Shown here: positions 62,901-64,000 of the stretch, one piece after another
Layout of the letters: the number at the start of each line of letters is the position of its first letter
How positions within the stretch are numbered: the stretch's first letter is position 1
NCBI GenBank assembly: GCA_026936335.1
Contig: JAPMXV010000051.1
Span: 186,001-250,000, forward strand
DNA: 64,000 bases
Source of the DNA: Mantamonas sphyraenae STR306
Lineage: Eukaryota; Protista; CRuMs
Direction: 5' to 3'
Notes under the pieces: model-generated
Database searches by the model: none
The model's input: the letters and a program-made list of their open reading frames with translations, nothing else
Told to the model about the DNA's origin: nothing
Translations under genes and position numbers: made by a program

Positions 62901-64000
62901 CAGTGGATTTGTGTCCATCAAGTTCTTGCTGTGCGATCCAGGTACCTACCAAACGGAGCTGGGCTGCCAAGCGTGCCCGGCGGGCAAATGGACATCTGAA
63001 ACCAACGCGACCACGTGCACACCATGCCTCGCAGGTACCAGTGCACCCGCAGGTTCATCGCAAAATCTGTGTGCTGAGTGTCTCGAAGGCAAGTATGCAC
63101 CTGCCGGTAGCCCATGCCTGGATTGCCCTCCAGGCCTTGTGCCCAATGCACCCAAGACAGCCTGCATCGCGGCGGCCAAGTGCGCACTCCTGCCGCAAGC
63201 AGACACAGAAACAAGGCTGCGCTACACGTTTTCCGGCCCCAACCCACAGGTGGTCAGCGAAGGGACGTACCCTGCCACTGCACTGAACCAGAACGCAACC
63301 ATCCGTGACGGCGGCTACTATTTGGCACCGGTTGCCGAGAACGACTATTACGCGTCGGAGACCTCGCTTCCTATGGCCGCTGTGACTGCGTTTACCTTTT
63401 CAATTGCAGTGATGCCCAAACAGCTGCTGATTGAGGGCGAGAAAGACTACATCATCGTGGGGTTGACGTATGCGGGCGCGTCTCCCGAGTGCTCCTCGTC
63501 TTTACCCATGCTGTCGCTGGTTCACCGCGACGACAAGCTGTACATGCAAACCAAACCGTCGTCCAATACGGGAGAGTGCTCCCGCAAAGAGCTCTACCAG
63601 TTCAAGTCGACGTCGCAGCCTGTGGTGGTCACTGCGGCATTGAATTCGAACGAGAACAAGTACTACATCTACGTGGATGGAACGTTTGTGTCCCAGCAGA
63701 CGCTGACGCTGCCAGAAATCGAGTCGTACAACTACAAGGTCCGCTTTTGGGGAGACGGGTCGGGGTTCCAATGGCTGGGCACCATTCTTGGGTACACGCT
63801 GTGGAGCTCCGAGCTGACAGCCTCTCAAGTGTTGGCCGAGTACAAGCGCTTCCTGCAGGACAAAGCGTGGGAGACGGCCTCAACCCCATTTAGCAGCAGC
63901 CTGCCTGCATACACCGTGGAGACACCCTTGCAGGTAACCAGTAACTCTGCCAAGGACAGGTGGGGTGCACGCACCGTGGATGGCATTGCTCTGGCAGCGT
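56970..64000 (+). CDS. Large secreted/surface protein: SBBP-like beta-propellers alternating with Cys-rich GCC2/ephrin-receptor-like repeats, then a LamG-like domain; frameshifted; runs off the window
   Basis: Signal peptide MFPRHPLLLAWLLLSAAMLVCA; CxPGTF/Y..CxxC repeats; DAWAAKF..G..LW..G-type propeller repeats; frame breaks at ~59365, ~60003, ~60160, ~60395, ~60920. Confidence 0.75.

Noticed and set aside
1-64000. tRNA or rRNA genes
   Set aside because: None recognised; almost all sequence is accounted for by protein genes, introns and short spacers

Overview
This is a gene-dense, GC-rich eukaryotic window. It has GT-AG introns with CA/TG microsatellites and flagellar genes (RSPH4/6-like, CCDC42/CFAP73-like), so the organism is probably a flagellated protist; I did not identify the taxon. 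Housekeeping genes include CLPTM1-like, Dsc4/DUF1746-like, profilin-like, RELCH, a GDP-fucose transporter, GH20 hexosaminidase, a WD40 protein, DRAM/TMEM150-like, PP2A-B56, MLH3, APRT, a MARCH E3, an SH3 protein and RSPH4/6. The standout is an apparent 5.5-kb mobile element (6941-12482). It is bounded by 17-bp imperfect terminal inverted repeats with a possible 2-bp AC target duplication. It encodes one intronless ~1690-1750 aa protein whose C-terminus has a complete Fanzor/TnpB-type RuvC + Zn-finger (D...E...D in the rearranged Fanzor layout), followed immediately by a strongly base-paired ~160-nt omegaRNA-like segment ending at the right TIR. This looks like a very large eukaryotic RNA-guided nuclease with a long unexplained N-terminal region. 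A second, diverged, 5'-truncated member of the same family, with its own hairpin RNA, sits at a duplication junction (32748-33172) inside a tandem array of six ankyrin-repeat-only genes (21.8-36.6 kb). Those genes vary in 99-bp repeat number and share shuffled repeat blocks. Other oddities: an ankyrin-CCR4/Angel-type EEP fusion gene, two head-to-head gene pairs whose candidate ATGs overlap in one CATG, and a large beta-propeller/Cys-rich surface protein gene with five clustered frameshifts. All family calls are from motif recognition by eye; no searches were run.
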